From NCBI GenBank assembly GCA_977018835.1, contig OZ361257.1, forward strand, positions 2,604,001 through 2,668,000: DNA of 64,000 nucleotides. Direction: 5' to 3'. Source of the DNA: Minutocellus sp. GHC0000111. Lineage: Eukaryota. Shown here one piece after another: positions 21,520 to 33,373 of the stretch. The position numbers and the translations under genes are program-made. The notes beneath the pieces are model-generated. The model searched no databases. It had not been told where the DNA came from and worked only from the letters and a program-made list of their open reading frames with translations. Position 1 is the first letter of the stretch, and every line of letters starts with the position of its first letter.

Positions 21520-24500
21520 CCTTTCGAGTAGAGGATTTGAAAGTGACGTGATGATGACGTATTAGAAACACGACCACACCAGACCAAAAATCCAAGCTCA
21601 CTTTTTCTAACTCCGAGGAATAAATGACGGCCAAGATGGAAGAAGTCGGGGCAAGAACCAAGTTATGGTCACCAACTTCTACATATAGTCGAGAGATATT
21701 GTGCACCAGAACCAATAAATGTACATTATGTGATGATTTTTTTCGACATTTGCATTCCTCACCCCGGGAAAAAATGCATTTTTTGGGGGGGAAGCACCAT
21801 ATCAAAATGTAATGAATAGAAATGGACATGCTATGATAAGTTATAGCAAATCAATGACTCCATCGTCTTCATCATTTTCATCTATGTCGTCCTCAATGCC
21901 ATCATCTTCGCCGGGAGCATCAATTGGCCAGAGTGGTTCACCATCCTCTTCAGCTTCTTCCTCGGCAATTTTTGCGAGACCAGCCTTTCCCCGTCTGGTC
22001 TCCACAAGATTGTTACCGCCACGACTTCTCTTGATGTTGTTATGTATCACTGGAAGTTTTCCAAACACATTGAGAAAGGCCTCTTTTGATGCGACATTGG
22101 CCCATGCTTTCATCACAGTCTTGTCAAGAGCATTCGCATCATTCTTCTGACCGCGATGCTCCTTTTCGACGGCCGACTGCAAAGACATCCAGATGCCGAG
22201 ATCAAGAACATTTGTCTCGGGCGACCGAGGAACCTGCTGGATTATCTCAATCTTATATTTGTTTTTGAGGTCCTCGGTGTACTTCTCAACTGCTTCATTG
22301 GACCCATGACCGCCGGCATTGTCCATCATGAGATGTGCAACATCAGACTCCTCTGAATGTTTTGTGGATCCCACTTCACCCAATGATGTGCGTCTCGAAT
22401 CGCCTTCCCGACCTCATTCACAGTCTCCAACATCCATTTGGAGTCGCAGCTACAGTCCTTGGCAACCTCATCGCCCCGTTGATACCGCACCCCGAGCTCA
22501 AGGTCGTCGATCTCAACCTTCACCTTCTCTCCATCCATTGCTATCAGGAGTGTGTCGCTTGAGACTCGAGATCTTTTGATTGTAGCCAACAGCGGCATGC
22601 TTGCGACTTTTTGCCTGACCGTCGGATTTATAGTCCTCGCATTGAAGTTCCAATCGCTCTGTAACAAACTCAGAAAGGCCGTAGAATTCGGCAATGTGGT
22701 CGCAAAGATGGCCGGCGGTCATGTCAGCATTCTCGTCGTAAAAATGTCGCGCCAATCTTTGTCATTTTTTAGCGCATCGTTGACCTTAGCATCTGGAGAG
22801 AAATTCTGATTACGCGTAAGCTTTTCCACCTTCTGCTCCCTGGCGACTCTCTTGATCATGATGCGCCCATTGAAATCAACGTCTTTGGTTTCATCCTTCA
22901 TTGGTCGGCCAACAACTCCAAGACACATAACTTTGACAGGGTGTCTTCTGGATCGAATTTTCGGGCTTGCCTCGGAAGCATGGACAGACGCGAGGTTCGG
23001 ACTACTTAGTTCTTCGTCAGAAAGTGGCAACATCTTGCTTTCGTCGCCGAGCAGCAGTGTAAAACCACTTTTCATCAAGAGACGCTACAGGAATGTTGGG
23101 ATCGGTCGTAATGTCCTCCCACTTTTCGATCCAATCAAGTCGCTTCCTGCAACATTCGGGGGTGAGCCTCGGCTTCTCGATCGACGACTTCTCCTTGCCG
23201 CCTTGCTTTTTCCACCAGCGAAAAAGCTGAAGACGATGGAGACTAATTGTCAGCCTGTCTTCATCTGGAGTAGCTGATTTTGCGCTCATACAGTCAGCTA
23301 GCTCCTTAAAGGTTGCCATCGCACCCTTCATCCGAGCAGCATGCCGACACAGCTCGCGGAGACGTCCTGGCTCCTTCTCCTCGATCATGTCCGTGCATGC
23401 CTTCCTTCCACGAACCTCCTTTCTGCCGATGGGATTGCTGACACCATCAGTGAGGCTTTTGTAGAGCTGGTCTCTCCACTTGTAAAGCTGAGAACCACCG
23501 GTTGACTTGGCACAACTGTGATCGCACGCAACTTGCCGACACGCGGCAGTTGCAATTTGTTGCCGGTCTTCATGCGTGCGAGTTGGGTCGCCGCATCCCC
23601 ACCAATCCGCGAGAGCCACGGCGCTGAACCGCATTCTTTTATTCGCCTGCTTTTCTTTTCTGATTGGTATTGGTTCGGTGACGGTTGCATTGGGACGAGG
23701 AGGACGGAGCATGTCATCGTTGGCCATCCGAACAACAAAGTCGAGGCCGAGAGCGACCTTTACCTGTTCATCAATGTCACTGGAGGTGGCACAGACAACG
23801 GAAGTGTCGGCTCCTCCTAAACCTTCATCATTGGGGGAGGCTGCAGCTGCTTCAGTGGCGGAAGTATCACCAGTTCCCTTCAGCATGCTGAGGAGACTTG
23901 CTTGCATCCAACCCAGTTTCTTGGCCTCGTCGACTAGTGATTTTGCTCTTGCTTCGCAATGCGTTGACTGTGCCTCCTTTCTGTGAGCTGACAACCTCTC
24001 ACCTAGCTTAGTAGCTAAGACAGTCGAGCGCCCAGAGAACAGAACTTCATCGGGATTTCTTTTCTCGTGCACCTTCTGTCCCTCCGGTCCAGAGAATTTC
24101 GGGTGGTTGTCCTCCTTCTTTTTACGCAACCTGTGAGCACAAACATAAAGCGCCCTGCGTCTTGTCTTCCCTCTCGGCCGACACGTCGACAAGTGCAACT
24201 TCAAACTACAATGCTCCTTGAGATGTTGCTGCATATCCTTCCATTTTTCCTCGTTGTACTGTAGCTCATACTTTCCTCCACCGACGGACTTGGAACGCAA
24301 CAAGTCGGCCTCGATGAAAGCAGGGGGAGGACGTCTTCCCATTTCTGCCGAGAACCAACACAAATGTCATCTTTGCCGCAGGAATCGGGGGTTGCTCTCC
24401 ACCACAGATCCTTACCAGCCCTTCGAATGACATCTGCTGCAAGGAGAAAGGCCATGGGGATAGGAGGAGGGGCCGTCCTCTTCTTCGCCGACGACGGTGA

Positions 24501-24972
24501 CGGTTTGGCGGGCGAATTTGACCGTGGCCGCTTCTTCGACGTGTTTGCGCTCGGCGATGGTGTTTTCGGCTCAGCTGCCGCCTTTGCCGCCTTCCTGGAT
24601 GCCTTGGTGTTGCCTCTCTTGCTCCCTGAGAACGAAGTTCTGCTGCGTTTGTATTTTTTGGGCGTGGTCTGGTTGGTCGTCGTCATCGTCACAAAATTTG
24701 CGGGTTGCGGTGAGGGTGTGCGGGGGACCAAAAAACACATGTGTTCCTGCCAGAATCTACTGGACCTGCGAATTCAGTGGATACTACTGGTCGGTGGCAA
24801 CCTACTGAATGAGCAGGTCCAGTAGATATCCACGAGTTGAGGAGTATTTGCGTTTCTCCCGAAGAGAATATCGACTAACAAAACACGTGGTGGGAAATGA
24901 GAAATGGGTGCAAGAATGACCTTTTTTAGGGGTTATTGGTATACCCTCTACAAATCCTCTGAAACCGAAAGG
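21520..24972 (-). mobile_element. Tc1/mariner-superfamily DD39D DNA transposon with imperfect TIRs and a TA target duplication
   Basis: Left end TA|CCTTTCGAGTAGAGGATTTG (21518-21539). Right end, reverse-complemented, TA|CCTTTCGGTTTCAGAGGATTTG (24974-24951). Internal transposase motifs are present. Confidence 0.85.
21841..24363 (-). pseudogene. Frameshifted DD39D transposase
   Basis: Fragments in successive frames carry LDEKWFY, KVMCLGVVGRP, MDNAGGHG and QVPRSPETNVLDLGIW. I count 39 residues between the 2nd and 3rd catalytic Asp. An additional upstream basic/Pro-rich ORF (24201-24740) may be its N-terminus. Confidence 0.85.
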
Positions 24973-25111
24973 TACACGCAGAAGAAGTTACCGTTATGCA
25001 TACATGCAGCCAACAAGTTTCTGGATCAGCCTTCTATTTGGCACCGTGCCTGGCGGCAATGACAGGCAACGAAGAACATTTATTTTTCTACATGTACCGG
25101 TAGATGAAGTG

Positions 25112-26575
25112 TCACCTATGAACGCTCTCACCCTTGTGCTCATAGCTCAGCCACAAAATGCCAACGAGAGTTACCGATGCAGCGCCAAACCATTTACTTA
25201 TCGCTGCAATACCCTTAACCTCGCCGAACCAGAAGATGCCCCATACGCCAGAAACGAGCATAGCACTTTGGCATACCGAATAGCCCACTCCTTGTCCCAA
25301 ATGAGTTGTAGCGATGATACTGCTAAAGTTTCCGATCGAATAAAGTGTTCCCGAGAGGAAACCCGGTAGCCACATTTCACGCAGATGAAAGGAAGGCAAT
25401 GCAGCATAGGCTTCACGATGAGACCAGTTCAATCGATGCATGTGGAAGAGATACCGAAGGATCCAAATCACCACCAGCACGATGGCCGATCCACATGCGA
25501 AACTGATCACGTAGGAAGCACCACCGAATCCTTCTGCTTTGGCATAATGGAGAGGTATTAGATTCGTTCCGCCCCATGTCCCGTTGATAACCGCGCCAAT
25601 CAATCCGAGCTGCCGCCTTGTCATAGCTACTCGTCCGTCAAAGAGAATAATATTGTCCACGGTCTTACCAGCCTTGTCGTCCGGTACGCCCTTTTTGGAA
25701 TCCTTGACTATAGAGTCTATTTCCGTCGGTGAAATCCCCCCAATAGGTGGTGGGGTGGGCACTCTCGGGCCGTCTTGAAGAGCTGCCGATTTTTCGATAT
25801 CCATGGCGGGGGCAACAGTTCCAACAACATCTGTTGATTGAGGAGCAGCCTTTCGCTTTGCAACTTTACCGCCGCCAGTACCAAGAACAGGTGCCGCCGT
25901 CTGCTCGAGATCATCTGATCCCGTCAGTGGAATCATCTCTGATAAATTGTCTTCGTCAATGAGATCTTCTTTTCGCTTCGGTGGGTGTGAAAATCTTGAC
26001 ATGCCACCAAGGCCAGCGCAAAGCATGAGCATGGCACAAAATGCACCCGGAATACTCTTCACCTCTTCGCGGAAGACGAGGATTCCCCAAGAGAATGACG
26101 AGACCACGATCAACGACGACCAAGTACCGACGCTGATTGCGAGCCCTGCATTGCGGATGCCGTAGATTCCGGCAGTAGCACCTGGCACCCAAAATATCCC
26201 ACTGACGATCCCCCATGGCGTGAACGAAAAGGGTTCTCCCATTGGTATGACGAGAAAGCACGTGAGGAAGCACATGATAACCTTGTAGGACTGCATGACG
26301 AGGGGGTCGATGTTGAGACTTGTTGCTTTCTCACCCTTGATCGGGACGCCAAAGCTGGATTGGATAATGAAGAATATACATAAGAATGTACAAATGTGAA
26401 TTCAATTTGGGCGCAATGGCAGATAAATATGCAAATAAACGAAATGAACAACGCCAAAGACTGCAAGCTGGCTTCACAAGGAAAACCGTACTACTACCCA
26501 CCTTCCCCACGCAAGGGCGGCTGCCACCGCGGCGAACCACCCGCATGATTCGGTGCACTGGCCCAAAAGAACCAT
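25112..26575 (-). CDS. TMEM144-like drug/metabolite-transporter-fold membrane protein (2 exons)
   Basis: Exons 26575-26502 and 26354-25112 splice to AWGSFGVPIKG...DPLVMQSYK. Two hydrophobic helix bundles (GIVSGIFW, GLAISVGTWS; GTLYSIGNF, GQGVGYS, VSGVWGIFWFGEV). Confidence 0.8.
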
Positions 26576-27090
26576 GACCAAACAGTAGCAGCAGTTCAAA
26601 GCGAGGGCATCGGGCCATAGCCATGACTGTTGTGGCCAATGTGCCGTTGCTTCTGCTCGAGCAATGACGTATAGAGCGACGGAAAGACGCAAGTTTGGGA
26701 GCGCCGGTATCAAGCAAAAAGTCGCCCCGCGGCCAAACGCCGACCAACAGTCATCCCCAACCCATGGTGCTAATACATGTATTTGTTATTCCGAATATAA
26801 TAAGATTTCTCCTCCAAACTATTGCATTCCCGGTCGGCTGATCCTATTTTGGACCCAGAGCTAGGTACTACCTGTACAAATCAATGGTACTAGTACATGT
26901 GTGCATCGTGCTTATGCCAAAAAAAGAACAGTACGGAGGTAGCAAAAGATAGGATACTGGACCTAACACTTGCCCTTGCACAGCCATGGGTCAGTATCCA
27001 ATCCATGGTCGATGGAGCTGAAGCCTACTTAGCAGACACGTCAGGCACCTGATCCCACCGATAGACCTTCTCTCTACATGATGCGAAACT

Positions 27091-28665
27091 CTACAGCATT
27101 TTCATTTCCCGGGCTCTACTAGATAGAGGCCGAGAGCTATCAGTACCGTCATCCATCGTAGTTGCTAGAGCGTTTTTGACTTGGCGAATGCGACGTGACA
27201 ATTGGTTCTTCCGTTGCTGGAGGCTGATGTTGTCACAGTCGTATATCTCGGTTGCCTTCATCCCTTTCTCTTGTCGGGGGTACTCGAAGCCACCGATTTT
27301 GAGAGCGTCGTAAGCTGTCATTTTGGGATTGCGGATCTTGGCCTGTAGAGCCAATTTCATTCGCTCGTCACCCCGTCGCCCAAACTTGCTTCCGGAAGCA
27401 AGAGAAACAATATGGCGTTCCTCCTCGTCGGACGTCCCCGTTGAAAAGGTAGAGGCTTGATCAAAACTGCTTCGTTGCGAAGCTAGGGATTTTGGTTTGC
27501 TCTTTGGAATCGACGTACCCTTCCAACTTGAAGCTATGCAGGAATCGGCATACTCTTGGGCAAGCCGTTGGTATATCCATGCTTTAAAGGTCTCGTTTGA
27601 AGTATGCCTAGCTGTGTTCCAATTCAATCCATATTGAGCCATCGATGCTTGGATTTCCTCTCAGTACCCTGATGTATAACGAGTCGTTGGCGCATTTCCC
27701 TTCCCATCGCATGTTTCATTGCAGGGATTATCTTCAAGAGAACACACTGATTTGGACGGGCAAAGTGAAGAGATCGAACTTGGAAAGGGAAAAGGTCGAG
27801 CACGTACATCATTCTCTGAAGAGCCACCGAGGGAGATATTTTGGAAACCAGTGCGTCCGGGCAGTTGACAACAACGACAACACCATTCGTATTGGATGAA
27901 GTCTGTTGAGAGACGCATTCCAAGGCATACCACAAGTGTCTCGCCTAAAATGATATACGTTGGTGCGGTAGGAAACAGAATAAGTATCATTGAGCCAAAC
28001 CAAAGAAAGGGAAAAGGGCCAACGTAGCTTCAGATCGCGAGAAAATAAAATGCATTTTGTGAGCCAACTCTTACCTCCTCATCTATTTCGATCGGTGTTG
28101 AATCGACCCGTGTCATATCACAGGAAAGAATGGTCCTGCCAGCACCGTCTCTATCGGCGAGAACATGATAGATGCGGCATTCGAGCATAGATGCGACGTC
28201 ATCCCCAAGCGCTCCATGAAGGGTCATAGGAAGGAACGCTCGGGCCTCCCCGAAGGCCAATTTCCGTTCCTCCCAATACCTGGCGATTCGCTTGGCGGCG
28301 CGCTTCGCGTCGTTTCGCTCCCTCTGCAGCATCTTGATCTGATGAGATCGACTGTTGGCATGATCGGGGCAGCGGATGACGGCTCGGAGGTATGCAGCCT
28401 TCTCTTTTCCCGGAAGGGCGACGAGCTCGTGGAGAAGCAGGCTTAGCTGTTGGTCCATGGACGCTTTTGAGGTTGTCGAGCTACCCCCTTCACTATGGCC
28501 GTTCCCCGAGCAATCATTGGTATCGTTGTCGACGGGTAGGCCCCGGAGGTCACACTCGGCGTCGATGAGCTCGGAGGGCGTCAAGTCAGCCTTCTCTCTT
28601 TTCTCATCGGCTTTGGTGAAAATTGGAAGGGGTCCGGGCTCGTCATCGTCGACGAGCATGGCCAT
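27091..28665 (-). CDS. CRAL-TRIO-like + QRKNQLSRR-domain protein, paralog of the 11.7-15 kb gene (1 intron; probable 1-nt deletion at ~27661)
   Basis: Exon 28665-28075, intron 28074-27945, then ARHLWYALE... Motifs AAYLRAVIRCPD, YWEERKLAFGEARAFLPMTL, DGAGRTIL, QQRKNQLSRRIRQ. Start uncertain. Confidence 0.7.
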
Positions 28666-31113
28666 AAATTCGGCGGCGGCCTGTTGTGTTTCTACACTTG
28701 TGGCGGGCGCTCTTCTGGATGCGGATAGAGCAACAATACATAGAGCGGGCGAAATAATAGCGAATGGGAGAACGAAACGAAGTAGGGATAATGGACGTGG
28801 AAGGGAGGAGGCAGCGGTGTTGGTTGGCTGGTTGAAAGGGATCAAAATACCATAAATAACATGCGAAGGCGAGAAGCAAAGCAGCCCAGGCGGTCAGGGA
28901 AAACACACAGACGCTGAAACATTGGAGCCGTCGATCGGAATGTCGGAGAGAGCATATCTTTCACAGCACGAATCCCCATCAACATTCTTAGCAACCTTTC
29001 GCAGTAGCCGCAATAAGAAATAGGCCCCCGATTGGTGGGCTCGCTCGTGGGCTCCAAATGAGGCTAATTCGCATTTTTCACGACCGACTTGCTTCCCTGT
29101 TCTTAGCGGGTCTTGGCCCTTCGTCTGTGGTCTCACCTTTTTGTTCGTTGCGGCGTCAAATCGTTTGAAGGAATTATATTTCGTTCTGTATCGGCTATCT
29201 TGGATAACGGTGGGGGTGGCTTCGTCGCATTGTGCCGCTGAGGCCGCCGATTGTGCGCCGGGGAAAAATTGTGCCAGTGGTTTCCGAGGTACCGTTTCCG
29301 ATTCCAGCTAGAGTCCGGCCTTTCGCTTTCCCCGAAATCTCAGAAATCAGAATTATCTTTTGAGACAAAGAAATTTTTATAGGGGTTTTCCTCACTTATA
29401 GGAATTCCATATAACAATACATTATCAAACAATGAAAAGAGTAGGGCTTTAACATTACTCTTATGGGCCGTTCCCCCTATACTAGCTAGAGCTTCGCCAC
29501 GTGCGTGCCACGTCGCCGGCGGACCCCACCTCGCTCCGCTAAACCATTGCTTGCCTGTTCCATTCGACATGCACAATATGCATGCAAGTCAGGCTGATCA
29601 TCTCTCCACTACGTACTATACTATTAGTAACAAGCAGCAAGCAGCTCAACACGACCTTGCACCAGCAGCATCGGCGGGCAATGATTGCAAACGCCGAGCA
29701 GAAGGAAGGAAGGGGGACATGTCGATTTTCGACCGCTGCCGCTGGCCTAATTTTTCTTCACCCAAAGTGAAAATCACGATTGATCGAATGTCAACACACG
29801 GAACGGCGAATGCTCTGCAAGCTACGCCAATTGCTCGCAACTATGCGCAGCTTGCATCGATCAGGCAGGGTATGCGAACTCCTTATCAACCCCTCGACAA
29901 GCCACCATACAAGCGTGATTATGGATTCGCATTGTTTCGGTTTGCGTATCTCGTGTCTCATTCTGCTCAATCAAGACAATGGTATTATAGAAAGTACCAT
30001 CTCGAGTTCCATTCCAAACAATAAATTGCTACACAATTTGGTACAATGGGCAGCCTACGACTTGCAGAGTCAATGTCCCACTATCCATTCTATATCTTCC
30101 AACAGTTTGTAGCACACTCTTGCGTGTGTCAACGAAGCCGTTGCTTCTGCTTTCTCCATTTCAGCAAGATTCGAAGCTCCTCAAGAATGTGGACACGAAC
30201 TTCATCTACCTTTCCCGCATGAAAGGTCGGTCGCCGCTTTCATGCTGCTTACTTGTCTCATTGGGGCCGAACCTTTGTAACTAAGGTCAGGGGTGCGTGA
30301 TTGAGCAACACTACATGCTCGTGATGACAAGTGCATTTTGTTTGCACTATTCTCTTCCCTTGCTCAACTCCCTCGATACAAGACTGTACATGTAGTCCCG
30401 TAATAACTGCTCTGCTTCAACATGCTACAACCCCTCTCCCATGTTTCGACTATCCAGCGCCCCAGGACCACATTGCAATGCATGCATGCAATTTTTGTGA
30501 CGCCGGCCAAATCTAGTTTTATATTGGAGATAATCGCATCATTGTTGGTTGAGACAGCAGGGCATCACGAACATGCACACGTACCGAACGGTAGTCGGTA
30601 AAAGAAGGAAATGATTGCATTGTACGTATTCGTCACATAGACTCATACATTGATTTGATATTCCAAAATGGCACATTACAACTCAGCAAAGAATGCCGCT
30701 AGCTACGTTTCTCACCACAAACGACGAACAGACCATTCCTGCCGGGAGCAAGGCTCAACCAAGCAGGCCCACTATCCCAGCCGACGAACCAATGTAATAG
30801 AGTACCACCGAAACAAGGCCTACATGTACCGGTGCTTTGAGACCCTGAGGGCCCGTCGATTCAGGTTGAGGCCGAAAACAAATTTCCGGTCACAGTAGGC
30901 CGATCAAGCAAGAATGGGCAGAAATTAAAATGACATGTTCCTCGCGCAGAAATGTACGTGTAGATTTATATACATGTAGGCGAATAGAATCACCTGTACC
31001 GACCGATAATTTCACACAAATCACCCAATAATGGCCCGGGCCCACTGCGCCATGTACTCTGCGAATTGGTTGGTTTGTACGTGTTATACATGTTGAGTCT
31101 CCACGTACACCGA

Positions 31114-31135
31114 CCGGTAGATCTAGATCTACCGG
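31114..31135. repeat. Perfect 22-bp palindrome
   Basis: CCGGTAGATCTAGATCTACCGG equals its own reverse complement. Confidence 0.9.
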
Positions 31136-31499
31136 CACATGCATGACAGTTTTCTAGCTAGATCTACGCCCACACTGCAATTGTAGATCTACAGCAAAAC
31201 GTTTGCAAGATTGGCATATGTAAACATGCATGTGCATCGATACTCTACATAGCTGCTCAGAGTTTCTAGCTACATGTTTACAGCAGGCAGCTAAATCATG
31301 TAAATTTTTATCTCATACATGTAATTGAAAATCGGTGCGTAAAAGTTGCAATGTACAGCTGTACTATGGTACGTAAAAGTTGCATCTCTAGCTCTAGCTA
31401 GTGGGTCTATAGTCCTGTAGCAAGGCAGTTATTACAGGCAATAAAACCTATCTACTACTACATATAGTGCTAATGCTTGTTCTTGCGTAACGCCCAAGC

Positions 31500-33344
31500 T
31501 CATCCATGAACGAAGTGACGAAGAGCAAGCCATGTGCTTGCACCGATGAGACCAATGGCAGTTCCAGCCAATCCAACCAGTGTAGCATCACCTCCAGGAA
31601 CAACTTGAGGTGTTACCCCTGGTGCCCCATATTTGACGCCGGCTCTTCTTACCCGCCGCCGAAGGGCAATGGCAGCAAGAGCAGGTGCGAGGCCATGCAA
31701 AATGGTCGTCGGGTATGCGCCTGAGAAGGAAAGGAGGGGTAGGTACAATGAAGGACCGACACAGGCTAGGATCGAGGGAATGCCGACAGTGAAAGCGTTG
31801 CATATTTTCATCCAGGAAAGGGAACAGTACCCAAGCTTCATGCACACAATGTCGGAGGCGAAGTGCCCCATTGCAAGAAAAGAGCCAAGTAAAGTAGTGC
31901 CTATTGCACCGGTCGCTAGAAGACCAACCGGTATGGCAATAGCAGGTCCTCTCGAGAGCAGGAAAGCGAGTGGATTCGATATTGATGGCTTCACAAGGGC
32001 AGTAGATAGTGCAGCCCACGTAACTGTCAAGGCAAGGGGCACTGCTGCGCCGAGGAATGTAGCGCTTCTTGCACGGAGCAATGATGGTGCTCTGCCCTTG
32101 ATGGCTTCTCCGTCTTCTTCTTCTTCATTATTGCTGTTTTCCCCCGATCTTCCTTGTACCATTCGTTCCACTACCAACGGCATGCTTTGGCCAAAGCAAA
32201 GCATGTTGATGAATACAGGCAACGCCCATGCACCACCGGATTTTGGAAGCAATTGTCCATAATCGGCCTGAGAAAATATCGCCCCTGCTGCCTTGCCAAC
32301 ATTATTCCCACTTGCAATTGTACCAATAATAAGTGTTGCGAAGCCGCCCACCATCATGAAGGTGAGGGCGGTATTGGCCCGCTCGACTACTTCTGGCTTG
32401 GATCCAAAGGCAAACAAACCAGCCAACGAGGTCGGTACCAAACATCCCAAGATATAGGGGATCCCAAGGCAATCCGAGAACAGCTCCGCGCCCTTGACGA
32501 CCTGAGCGGTGACAACGGTTAACATTTGGGCGATGAATAGCGACCCACCGACCAGAGCAGCCCTCTTGCCGAATGCATATCTGATTACGGTTGCCACCGA
32601 CGTGGCACCTTCTTGAGCGACGGCAATAACTGGCCCGTTGGGAAGTCCACCGACGCCATTTGCATTCTCCATGTCTCGCAAATCGGCAACGAGGCCCGCC
32701 GCCTCAATGAATGCCGTGGCACTGAGAAGTAGGAACGTCCAAGCCAAAATCAATCCCAACGCGGCTGGACCGTATCCCAAAGGAGATGTCACGCTGGGTA
32801 GGGCGAGGAATCCCCCGCCGATGGCTGTGCCGGCAATGATCGATGCGGCGTCGGTGGCCTTGATTTGCTTCGGTTGCTCTTCCTGCTCGTCTCTGGGCTT
32901 GGCCAGATCGAGCTCGGCCTCCATTTCAAGCAATTCGATCTCCAAAGCATCTTCGAGCGGGAGGTTTCGTAGAGGAGACAATGAGCTCTTGCGCTGCTGC
33001 TTTGAGGGCTTGCTTTTCACATAGAGGCTTGATGAAGATATTCGTCGCCTTTGCAGTTGCGCCGTTTGTGAGAAAATGTTGCCAGGTACTAGTAGAGTGC
33101 AAGGTAGGGGTAGTTCCCGCCCGACAAAACTCGCTCCGGCGTCTGAACTTCTACGTAGGCCTAGCCTACGTAGTGACGGTCTCCGTATGCATGTAGGCCT
33201 ACGTACGTAGTAGGCAGCATGAGAGTGTAAAAAGGCCCCCGGGCAATTGCCCCGGGTGAAAGATCCGCTCATCGAGAAAGATCCGCTCATCGAGAAAGAT
33301 CCATAGACACAGGAGTGAGCTCTCATTCTTGTCCCATTCTTCAA
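31500..33344 (-). CDS. Aromatic amino-acid permease (TyrP/Mtr-like); true start uncertain
   Basis: IIAGTAIGGGFLALP TM1 motif typical of Trp/Tyr permeases, AIGTTLLGSFL, and many TM helices. The N-terminal extension may be an organellar targeting peptide. Confidence 0.8.
   Translation of the reverse strand: MKNGTRMRAHSCVYGSFSMSGSFSMSGSFTRGNCPGAFLHSHAAYYVRRPTCIRRPSLRRLGLRRSSDAGASFVGRELPLPCTLLVPGNIFSQTAQLQRRRISSSSLYVKSKPSKQQRKSSLSPLRNLPLEDALEIELLEMEAELDLAKPRDEQEEQPKQIKATDAASIIAGTAIGGGFLALPSVTSPLGYGPAALGLILAWTFLLLSATAFIEAAGLVADLRDMENANGVGGLPNGPVIAVAQEGATSVATVIRYAFGKRAALVGGSLFIAQMLTVVTAQVVKGAELFSDCLGIPYILGCLVPTSLAGLFAFGSKPEVVERANTALTFMMVGGFATLIIGTIASGNNVGKAAGAIFSQADYGQLLPKSGGAWALPVFINMLCFGQSMPLVVERMVQGRSGENSNNEEEEDGEAIKGRAPSLLRARSATFLGAAVPLALTVTWAALSTALVKPSISNPLAFLLSRGPAIAIPVGLLATGAIGTTLLGSFLAMGHFASDIVCMKLGYCSLSWMKICNAFTVGIPSILACVGPSLYLPLLSFSGAYPTTILHGLAPALAAIALRRRVRRAGVKYGAPGVTPQVVPGGDATLVGLAGTAIGLIGASTWLALRHFVHG
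33258..33302. repeat. 18-bp tandem repeat, 2.5 copies (GAAAGATCCGCTCATCGA)
   Basis: Exact units at 33258-33275 and 33276-33293, with a partial unit at 33294-33302, between two divergent genes. Confidence 0.9.
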
Positions 33345-33373
33345 TTATTGACAATTATTCGACGCAAGACAGC

